This document shows, in pieces, positions 53,366 to 64,000 of a stretch of DNA of 64,000 nt (position 1 is the first letter of the stretch; each line of letters starts with the position of its first letter). A program made the position numbers and the translations under genes. The stretch covers positions 124,001 to 188,000 of the forward strand of contig CAVNZM010000008.1 in the NCBI GenBank assembly GCA_963693365.1. Reading direction: 5' to 3'. The notes under the pieces are model-generated. The model was not told where the DNA came from. It saw only the letters and a list, made by a program, of their open reading frames with translations, and ran no database searches. This DNA is from Amoebidium appalachense. Lineage: Eukaryota; Protista; Ichthyosporea.

Positions 53366-53800
53366 TTTCTATGCCGTACCTTATATAAAGCGGCGTAGCT
53401 ACTGTATTGTGGTGGCTTGTAAGGTGCATTTTTTCACCTTTATTTCCTGCAGGCTAATACGTGGCTCTAAATAAGGGCAACTCCTAAGTTGTGCCCTTGT
53501 ATCTTTCATCGGAGGGCGGCTCGCGGCGCGCCCTTCGCCGGTGGCTCACGGGTGGTGCCGGTACAGCCAATCAAAGCGAAATAGCCTTTTTTGGGAATCA
53601 ATTCAAAACAAACTCAAGTCAAGCCGGCAGCTCAGCGGCTCACCTACTCACAGTGCCAGCGGCTACAAGTGGAGCATTCAACAACTGAAGCAACCCACCG
53701 CCAGTTACCCTCTGTGGAGCTACCAGCAGGGTGTCCTACCAGACAGGCACACGGTCCAGCTGCAGGGCAACACAGGCTATAGCCGCCCACCTACACCAAC

Positions 53801-54914
53801 ATGGCCCTGCCCGTGGCTGCCGGGCTATTGTTCCTGCTGGGTGCGACCAAGGCCCAGCTGCCCTACCAGGACCCAAAAAGGTCGCCAGAGGAGAGGGCAC
53901 ACGACCTGGTCACGCGCCTGACCAGGGAGGAGAAGCTGGCCCAGGTCCAGAACGGAGGTGCGTCTGTGTGTGTGTGTGCGTGCGTGTGTCTGTGTGCCTG
54001 TGTCTGCGTGTGCTTGTGCGCGCGCGCGCGCATGTGTGTGTGTGTGTGCGCGCGCGCGCCCGCGCGGGTGTGCGTGCGTGCGTGCGTGTGTGTGTGTGTG
54101 TCTGTGTCTGTGTGTGCGTGTGTGTGTGTGTGTGGCATTGTGTGCGTGTGTGCATGTGTGCGTGCGTGTCTGTGTGCGTCTTTGTGTGCGAGCCTATGCG
54201 TTTGGGGGGGCTTGCATGTGTGGATCCATTTGTGGCTCTTTGTGGACATGGTTTTGCGCATGTCGCGTTGTGCACATGTGCGTGCCTAAAGCAAGTCTTG
54301 TGTGTTTCTGGTTGTGACAGTTCAAGCCTGTGCCTGGGTGCGCTGTGAGTGTCGAAGGGTTTTCGTTTATGTTCATCACACTTTTGTGGGGAAAGTGGCA
54401 CCTGTATGTCTGTGTGGGCAGCAAGAAATGTGTGCTGTGGTAAGTCTGCCGACACTTACCGAGCCCCCCAGGGACTGACCCTGCCCCCGGCATATCGCGG
54501 CTGGGCATACCCCCCTTCCAGGTAGGCTCTGGGTGTGTCGGTCACTTGCACTGCGCCCACCATACTGCTGGCAACTAGACCAGACACGAGCTTCTCCTTA
54601 CAGTGTATTGACCTACAAATATTGCATAGGTCCTCACCTCAAGGCACCCACCCACCTTCCCATCTCATTCCATATAGACCTTTCACCACCCTCCTCCTCC
54701 AATTAGTCATCGCACTAGCAAGGCTTTTTTCCTCCCTCTATACACACACGTACACCAGACAGTTGTCTTTGACTCTTCTCTCACCCCCTTGTTCGCATAC
54801 CCACACAGGTGCACGATTTTCACAAGTGTGAGCACACTTGCACGTGCACGCACACACACACACGGCTTGCTGGATGGCTTCCTCGAGCATTCCTTTGCTG
54901 GCTCGTTCATCCCT

Positions 54915-54958
<44 letters not shown>

Positions 54959-55059
54959 ACACACAACATACACACCCCACACACACAAACATACACAAAC
55001 ATACACGCACGTAGGCACGAGCACAAACACAAACACGGTTGTGTATGCACCCACATATC

Positions 55060-55130
<71 letters not shown>

Positions 55131-56334
55131 GCACAAATATGTGCACGGTGCACGCACACACACACCAACACATACACACGCTCACCCACATGCAAATAGA
55201 TCCCCCCCCCCCTTCCTGCCTCCTACGCGCCCCCCCCCCCCTCCCCATACCCCCTTCCCCCCCTCCTGCCTCTTCCCCTCCCTCCCCTCCCCCTCCCTCC
55301 CCCTCCCTCCTCCCCCCTGGCAAAAACACAGTGGGGCAACGAGTGCCTTGCAGGTGGAGCCGAGCCACCGTCAGGGCCGACCACGGCATTTCCACAGGCG
55401 CTGGGGCTTGCGTCGACGTTTGACAGTGACGTCATGCACAGGGTGGCGCAGGCCATAGGCAGGGAGGTGCGGGCCAAGAACAACGACTACGTGGCCAGGG
55501 GGGTCTATGACTACCACAGCGGTGTGGCCTGCTTCAGCCCAGGTGGGGTGGCTGGGCAGGAGGGCTGGGTGTGTGTGGGCTCCTCGGTGGGGGGTTGGGT
55601 TGTTTTTGGCTAGGGAGGCAAGAGCTGCAAGGGGAGCCTGCAGTGAAAGTGGTGGGGGAGGAGTGTTTGTTTTTTTGGTGGTGGGGGAGGGGGGGGGGGA
55701 TTAGCATGAGGTGGAATAAATGGGAGCTCGGTTAAAGCATTCAGTTTGCCTGCTATCTGTGTGTGCACATGCCTAACTGGACATGCCACCCCCCCCCCCC
55801 CCCCCCCCCCCCCCCCAAACACACACACACTCACAGTGATCAACATCTTCCGTGATGGGCGCTGGGGAAGGGGCCAGGAAACATACGGGGAGTGTCCGTA
55901 TCTGACGGGGCACATGGCCAAGGCCTATGTGACGGGCCTGCAGGGCAATCACCCCAAGTACATGCAGGTCAGGCCTAGTTCTATCACCCCAAGTACATGC
56001 AGGTTAGGCCTAGTTCTATCACCCCAAGTACATGCAGGCTAGGCCTAGTTCTATCACCCCAAGTACACGCAGGTCAGGCCTAGTTCTCTCTACCACACCC
56101 CAGCACATTGAGCAAACACTTGCACACTTGACTTCACACACATGCACACGCACCGTGTCCCACGGTTTGTATGTTTGGCTATGTTGCATGTTTGCCGACC
56201 TGCATGGGGCTGTGCACATGTAGACTGAAATCTGAAGCGAATGGCGGGCTGCATTGGGTGGTGGTCTTATTCTTGAGGGGGGTCGTGGTCTTGGTTCCCA
56301 CCTCTTACAGTAAGTGTTTCTTACCTTTCCGCCT

Positions 56335-56365
<31 letters not shown>

Positions 56366-56838
56366 CTTTGCATTGGGTGCTGCGCGGTTGGGTGGGTGGT
56401 GGTGGTGGTGGTGTGTGTATGTGTGGGTGGGTGTGTGGGTGGGGGGAGTTGGGGGGGGGGGGGGAGGGCTTTGTGGCAGGGATGGATGTGTGACGCGGTT
56501 GGGTGCAGGCACTAGCAGGCTGCAAGCACTATGCCGTGCATGCTGGCCCCGAGGATGGCCCCATCAGCAGGTTCGAGCTGGACGCCCAGCCCACACACAC
56601 GGACATGCACGTGACATTCCTGCCTGCTTGGAAGGTATGCGGTCTCTCTGTTCCTCGGGTGGGCCGGGAGGGGGTGGGGGGAGAGGCGGGGGGATGGGGG
56701 GAGGGGGGATGGAAATGATCATGGTTGTGTCGTTTCTAGATGGCCCCCCCCCCTCCCCACCACCACCACCACCACCACCACCACCAGCAGCTCGTCTTTC
56801 CACGCTATGACCCACGTTCCGGTGGAGTGGGGGGAGTG

Positions 56839-56873
<35 letters not shown>

Positions 56874-57652
56874 GGGGGGGGGGGGAGGGGAGGGGGGGAG
56901 GGGGGGGGGGGGGGGGGGGGAAAGGGGCATGTGCAGACAAACTCAACATACATGCCGGGCATACACACACATAACAATCATCCCCCTCCCACACACACAC
57001 ACACCCACAGGCCTGTGTGGAGGCCAAGGTGCAGTCTGTTATGTGTGCATACAGCAGTGTGTACGGGGTGCCTGCCTGTGCCAGCAAGTACCTGCTGCAG
57101 GATGTGCTGCGTGACGGGTTGGGGTTTGAGGGCTATGTGGTGAGCGATGAGGGCGCCCTGGAGGTCATCGCCACAGACCCAGAGCACTGCCCGCCAAACA
57201 CCACATGCCACGGCCACCGCTATGTCAAGACTTACACAGAGGCTGCAGGTATGGGCGGGACCAGTACTAAAATAGATGGGGGGGGGGGGGGGGAGGGGCA
57301 ATGCCAGTACTAGAGCTAGTTAGGAGGGCGGGGGGAGGGGGGGGGGGGGGGGGAGGGGGGCAACAGGAAAAGTTCTAGAGCTAGATAGCAGGAGAGGGGG
57401 GAGGGAGGAAATGTGCCGGAACAGTAGTGGGAATGTTCGATATTTGGAGAGGGTGGGAGGTTGGCAGGGTATTTTAAAAGAGTGATACGATTTTATTTTT
57501 TTTTGTGTCCGTAAGGGGGGGGGGGGGAGGGAGGGAGGGGGGGGGGGGGGGAGGGGATTAGCCGGGAACGTTGCTGAATGCAATGCTCGACTCGCCATAT
57601 GTCTTGGGTTTCGATTCGTTTCAGGGTCTTCATTTTATTTCAGCCTGCAGCA

Positions 57653-57684
<32 letters not shown>

Positions 57685-59998
57685 AAAAAAAAAAACCACC
57701 ACCACCCCACCCACCCCCCCTCCTCCCAAGCACATGCACACACGGCATGCCACACCGCTACCGGCCACTGCCGTCTATGTGCTGACTGCTGGCGCAGGGC
57801 TTGCACTGGAGGCCGGCACAGACCTTGAGCTGCATCCTGGGCCCAATGGGCGGGTGTTCAACATGCTGGGGGAGGCACTAGACGCAAACCTCACCTCTGA
57901 AACGGCTCTCGATAGGGCACTTATGTACGTGCCTGACCCACACTATCTCTTACGTTGCCAGCAATTTATGTGCTCCGGCATTTGCGTTTTATCGACACAG
58001 GTGTGTGCTGGCACTGCATGTCGGCATATTCACCCCCCCCCCCCCCCCCCCCCCTCCCCCAACCCCGACCAACCCACCCATCCTCTCGTCCCCCAGCTGA
58101 TTGGACCTAAAAATGGGTACTGTGGATGACTGGGGCGGGGGGGCAGCGGCTCTGAGGATGGGTTCTGCTTATTATGCCTACCCTTTATGTGTGGTTTGCG
58201 CTCTATGGTGTTGTTCTTTATAAAATTGTACTCTGAAGCACATTCTAACCCCCCCCCCACACCACCACGACCACCACGACCACCACAGGCGGCTGTTCCG
58301 TGCCCGTGTGCGTCTTGGAGACCTGGACCCCCCCGAGGGCAACCCCTACCGCCAGATCCCTTTAAGTGTTGTTGACTCGGACGAGCATAGGGCCCTGGCC
58401 CTGGAGGCAGCCACCAAGTCCCTTGTGCTGTTAAAGAACACGAACAATAGCCTGCCCGTGGCGCCTGCTGCCATGAAAGGCAAGACAATAGCCATATTTG
58501 GCGCCCATGCCGTGATCCCTGATCTGATGCGGGGCAGCTATCGCCCACTGCCCAGCTTTGTGGTCACCCCGGAGCAGAGTGGGTGCCCCTTAACAACACC
58601 CCAATACACATGGCTACCCCATACAGTGACCTTGGTGTGAGAATGCAGTACTCTGTGCACCCCTGTAAGAGAAAAACGAGTGTGCATCCCCATGCAGTTC
58701 ATGCCGCATGCTGGGTGTGTCATGCCCACCCATGCTGTGCTGTGCCACTCTCAGACTCGAGTGCACAAGCCCCTGCCTGTGTCATCTGACCTGACCCATA
58801 CCGTGCACAGGCATACGAGGGCAGTATGTTGACAGCCCTGTGGTTGTGATGGTGGGCTGTGACGGGGCCCAGTGTGATGCCCGGCGCTACAACCAGCAGC
58901 GCCACGAGGTGCAGGCAGCAGCACGGGCCTGTGCCTTGTGTGTGGTGGCGGTGGGCCTGTCCCCCCAGATGGAGGCCGAGACCTCCGACAGGCAGGACTT
59001 CAACCTGCCTGGTGCCCAGCTGACAATGGCCTTGGTACGTGCCTGCACATGTAGTGTGCTGGTTTTCTGGGCTCGCCGTGCCTGTTGCCATCTCTCTACA
59101 GAGGCCCGCTGCACACTGCTCACTTCCAGGCACACACAGTACACACTGACAGGCACACACAGCACACAGCACACAGCACACACTGACAGGCACACACCAC
59201 ACAGCGCACACTGACAGGCACACACCACACAGCACACACTGACAGGCACACACCACACAGCACACACTGACAGGCACACACCACACAGCGCACACTGACA
59301 GGCACACACCACACAGCGCACACTGACAGGCACACCCAGCGCACACTGACAGGCACACCAAGCACACACTGACAGGCACACACAGCACACAGTGCCAGGG
59401 GCACACACCCAGCACACACTGACAGGCACACACAGCACACACTGCCAGGGGCACACACCCAGCACACACTGACAGGCGCTCACAGCACACACTGACAGGC
59501 ACACACAACACACACTGGCGGGCACACACAGCACACACTGACACCCCCCCCACAGGACGTAGCCAACAGTGCGCCTGCCGGCTCCACGGTGGTGATAGTG
59601 GTCTACAGTGCCGGGCCCCTTGCCATTGGCCCCCTGCTGGCCCATCCCAAAATAGCCGCCATCCTGCACCATGTCTATCCGGGCCAGGCTGCAGGCACCG
59701 CCCTGGCCCAGGTGTGGCCCAGGACACTCTAAGCACAGGGCACATGCACACACCTACAGCCTCCCCCCCCTCCCCCCTCCCCTCCCTCCTCCCTCCCCTC
59801 CTCCCCCCCCCCTCCCCCCCCCCCCCCCTCCCCGATCAGACTGCACTTCTGAAGTCCAGGCCACCAGGTGGCACAAGAGCTCAGCCCCCATACAAGTGCA
59901 CGCTGCGTACCATGTAAAGCAAGCCAGGGCACGTATGGATGCATTGCATTCTCCTCCCTACTCATATATCAAAGGCCTCTGATTCGCCCTGAACCCCT

Positions 59999-60071
<73 letters not shown>

Positions 60072-60290
60072 ACACGACACACACACGACACACACACACA
60101 CGCACGTGCAGGTGCTTGCAGGGGAGCACAGCCCCGCCGGGCGTCTAGCTGTGACGTGGCCCACGGGTCTTCCAGCCCAGCCGCTGACCAACTACAGCAT
60201 GCAGGGCCGCACCTACCGCTATGCCTCTGCGGCCCCACTGCTGCCCTTCGGCTACGGCCTGGCTTACACAACCTTCCACTACAGGTGCAT

Positions 60291-60324
<34 letters not shown>

Positions 60325-61223
60325 TCCCCCGCTCCACCATCACCACCACCACCCATCCCATCCCTTCCCCTCCCCCCCCCACCACCCACTCACCCACCTC
60401 CACTCCCAAGAACCCCTCCCCTCCCCCCGCCCCCCCTGCCGTCGCCCCACCACCACTACCACCACCACCCACCCCATCCCCCCCCCCCCCCCATCCGCCC
60501 CCACCCACCCACCCATCTCCGCCTGCACGCCCCTCTCCCCCCCCCCCCCCCCCCCCCCTCTCCTCCTCACCACCACCAGCACCAGCACCGACCTCCAACC
60601 CCTTGTCTCGTTGCATCGCACGACCCAAATACCAAAATTATTCGGCCTTTGTCAGCCTATGGACACTGCAGATTGGAGCCGAGGAACGTGGGAGATACCC
60701 TCACAAACCCTCCAAAAAGAAGCAAAGGGGAATGGAAAAACGCAAACACCCCAATGCGCATCGAGCCAGATCTAGACACCCTCGAACCCATTAATATGCA
60801 AACATGCATACACAGTGCAGTCCCCCACACATGCAAAACTATGTGTGTGCACACAAATAGACACACACGTACATGCACACACGTACATGCACACACGTGC
60901 ATGCACACACGTACATGCACACACGTACATGCACACACGTACATCTGCGCACACACCATCGTGCATACAGGCCATGTGCTCACACACGGACACATACACA
61001 CACGCACACACGCATGCACAGAAACACCCACACATACATGTGCAGACACACACACATGCGCGCGGGTGCGCGCACGCACACCCAGACCCCCCACCGACCA
61101 TGCACCCCCCCAGTGACCTGCAGGTGGGCAATGCTACGGTGACGCCCTGCCAGGGCCAGCAGCTGGCTGTGACCGTCACAAATGTTGGGGAGGTGGCTGG
61201 AGACGAGGTGATCCAGGTATGAA

Positions 61224-61256
<33 letters not shown>

Positions 61257-61835
61257 TGAGATGTACTTTCAGTGGCAGGGGTGCGTGGCTGCAAAGTTGA
61301 GAGGGGAAGAGGGTATTATGGGGGGCGGGGGGGGGAACTGGCATGGGATGAGATGCACATGGCAGGATGTGTGGTTGCAAAAGGTGGGAGAGGGAGGGGG
61401 GGGGGGGGGGAGGGGGGGGGGGGGGGGGACGGGGATTTTATGTCGGGCAGGATTGAGATTACGAGAGATCTATGCTTCCGACAGTGAGTGCAGCAAGAGG
61501 GTGGGGAGATAGAGCAATGGGGTGGGGAGATAGACAAGGGGGCTGCATGAGGTCCTTGCTGCATGGTGTGTGCCTCACATATGACCCACCACATGGGCTG
61601 CAGGTGTATGTGTCATGGGGTGTGCAGGCTGCAGGGCTGGGCATGCCCCAGAGACAGCTGGCAGGGGCCAGGCGGGTGTTCCTCAAGCCCCAACAGAGCA
61701 CAAGGCTCAGCTTTGATCTGCGCCCAGACCAGCTGGCACTATACAGGTGGGCCATTGTGCCATGCACATGCATGCAGCACAAACACGTGCACACACGGCC
61801 ACACTGTCACCCACACACAAACACGCACGCACGCA

Positions 61836-61881
<46 letters not shown>

Positions 61882-62049
61882 CACACACACACACACACTC
61901 ACTCACTCACTCACTCACACACTCACTCACTCACTCACTCACTCACTCACACTCTCACGCACTCACTCACTCACACTCTCACGCATACTCACACTCACAC
62001 TCACACTCACACTCAAACTCACACACACACGACACTCACATGCACATGC

Positions 62050-62088
<39 letters not shown>

Positions 62089-62304
62089 CGCAAATGCTCA
62101 CCGGCACGAATAAACATCGCCACCACCATACGAAGGCACAAGCACACCAACAAATCGTGCACGTACAGGCACGGCCATGCACCACCCTGCCATACACATA
62201 GTGTTAAGTGATGACCTGACCACTTCCCCCACCACCCCCACCCTCACTTCATGGCTCAGACCTAACACCCCCCCCCCCCCCCCCCCCCTCCCCCTCCCCC
62301 CCCC

Positions 62305-62335
<31 letters not shown>

Positions 62336-62526
62336 ATACACACACACAAACACACATACACACAAACAAACAAACACACAGCAAGGACCAGTGGGTGCTT
62401 GTGCCGGGGCCTGTGACGGTGGCCGTGGGGGGGCAGCAGCCCGACCAGCAGGTGGCTGCCCCGTCCAATGTGCTGCGGGCACAGTTTACCATATATGGCA
62501 GCACCACCCCAATGCGCACGTGCTGA
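53801..62526 (+). CDS. Secreted glycoside hydrolase family 3 (beta-xylosidase/alpha-arabinofuranosidase-like) with Fn3-like C-terminal domain, 14 exons, ~757 aa
   Basis: Signal peptide [18 protein letters not shown]. Motifs [71 protein letters not shown] (nucleophile), SLVLLKN, YPGQAAG, SPAGRL, GRTYRY, PFGYGL, TVTNVG..GDEVIQVY. Exons: 53801-53957, 54472-54521, 55332-55542, 55837-55967, 56509-56634, 57011-57248, 57798-57924, 58289-58578, 58811-59034, 59556-59711, 60112-60284, 61114-61216, 61604-61746, 62382-62526. All are phase-consistent. Confidence 0.96.
55948..56087 (+). repeat. 4 x 35-bp tandem repeat spanning the exon 4 donor of the GH3 gene
   Basis: atcaccccaagtacatgcag|gtcaggcctagttct repeated four times. 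Confidence 0.95.
59128..59555 (+). repeat. ~26-28-bp minisatellite CACACTGACAGGCACACACCACACAG ending at the GH3 exon 10 acceptor
   Basis: More than 10 degenerate units, most containing CTGAC...CAG. Confidence 0.88.
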
Positions 62527-63488
62527 GCCCCCAGCCACGTGGGCTGTGCACCAGCAATGGCTGTGATAGCGGGCCAATGGGATATGGGCACGGCACCAGG
62601 CCCTGGGGGCAGCAACGTGTATGGCCCGTGTGCCTGTCTGCCACAGCATGGGGACGGGCCAGGGCCCAGTTTGTTGGCCTGCCAGTGCACAGTTCCCAGT
62701 TTATTTTGGCCACCTGGTTCGTCTTTGGTCCCGGCTGGCAATGATTTCTGTTGTTTGCTCCCCTGGCCATGCGGGCCCTTGGCTGATAATGTGGAAGGAG
62801 ACACAAGGTTCAGCTGCTGTGTAGATGCAGACAGACACAGTGCCACATGCAGCACCACACATCCACACATCCAGATAATAGACATGCACCAACAATTGCA
62901 AGCATACACTTTCCAAACGGAGCAACAAGCACACACATGGGGACATGCATCCACACACATATTCGTTTATGACATGCACCTACGATTACACCCGATGGGA
63001 CATGCATTTAATCTAAAACTTTTCATACATAATATTAGTTGCATGCTGTTGCACTGCCAATCGTGCGCACGAGCATTAGCTCTATGTACGTGGATATGTG
63101 CCTGTTGGTGGCAGGCCTTTTTACCCTAGTATTTTTAAGACAGCATTTTCAAAGTTGACTTCCTTTTGCTCAAGTCAATACATTGGGGAATGTAATGTCT
63201 TTGTACAGTATAGGCTGCATTTTCGTTCTAATAAACCTGTTTTGCTATTTTTAGCAATATGATTGACTATAGCATCATCCCATGGTTTCGTTTTCTTGTA
63301 GCACTCCACGCTCGATAGTAATGGCACTAGTGGTATTTCTGAATTTCTCGCTTGGAAGTGTCATTCAAACTGTCATTCAATGGGATGTGCATGAATAAAA
63401 TCATTTAAAAAACTTAATATACCACCTACTCTCCGAGCCCACAGCGACCCCCCCCCCCCCCCCCCCCCGCCATCCCCCTCCCCTCGGC

Positions 63489-63538
63489 CGCCCGCCCGCC
63501 TGCCCGTGTGCACACGTGTGGCCGCGGAGTCCTGGAAT

Positions 63539-63580
<42 letters not shown>

Positions 63581-63646
63581 CCGCCGCCGCCCGCCTGCCT
63601 GCCCGTGTGCACACGTGTACAATGTGGCCATGGAGTCCTGGAATTG
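63489..63646. repeat. Two imperfect direct repeats (cgcccgcctgcc..cgtgtgcacacgtgt..gtggcc..ggagtcctggaattg), each preceded by poly-C
   Basis: Copies at ~63489-63540 and ~63588-63646. Confidence 0.75.
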
Positions 63647-64000
63647 TCATATAGCCTATGCCTATAAAATAAAACAGCAGGCCGGGTTGGATACACCTAT
63701 TAATTTGAAAATTCATCAAGATTAGAACCACTATGTAGTACTAATAGATAAAGATACCCACCGGCGTGGCTGGGGTGAATACCCTGGGCTAAGTGTGTGC
63801 AAAAAGTTAGGATTGTTTAAAGGTGTGTTAGCTTAGCTAATAATACCGTAGCACCCTAGCTAGAGTACTGTCGGTGCTGGGTGGAAGCCGGTAGTTCCCA
63901 ACGAGGGCCCCAAGGGGTCCTTCGGGGAACAAAACGGGATAAAATTAATTCAAAAAAAAACTAACAAATAAGGAAGAGTGTGCTGGTTACCGGTGGCAAA

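Overview
Eukaryotic, intron-dense genomic DNA with GC-rich exons and introns full of (CA)n/(GT)n, poly-C/poly-G tracts and minisatellites. The style suggests a unicellular eukaryote, possibly an ichthyosporean-type holozoan (inference only). Genes I could splice by hand with canonical GT-AG introns: the 3' part of an alpha-helical-repeat-like protein (+, 1-4069); CDC5L/Cef1 (-, 22 exons, ~777 aa); an unknown gene divergent from it (+, ends 21863); a candidate unknown gene (-, ~27.4-29.0 kb); a coiled-coil protein (+, 4 exons, ~738 aa); a class-3 lipase with a BAR-like N-terminus (-, 14 exons, ~676 aa); a frameshifted F-box/LRR gene (-); and a complete secreted GH3 beta-xylosidase-like gene (+, 14 exons, ~757 aa). 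Two clear intronic MITEs are present (TA-flanked Tc1/mariner type, TTAA-flanked Kolobok type). The most unusual patterns are minisatellites whose unit contains the gene's own splice signal, 3' splice sites with a near-fixed-distance branch point and no pyrimidine tract, a ~115-bp CCAAT/CRE-bearing element shared by two promoter regions, and the BAR-lipase fusion. Four +1 frameshifts in G/C homopolymers are probably sequencing errors. Most ORFs in the six-frame track are repeat-derived artefacts.
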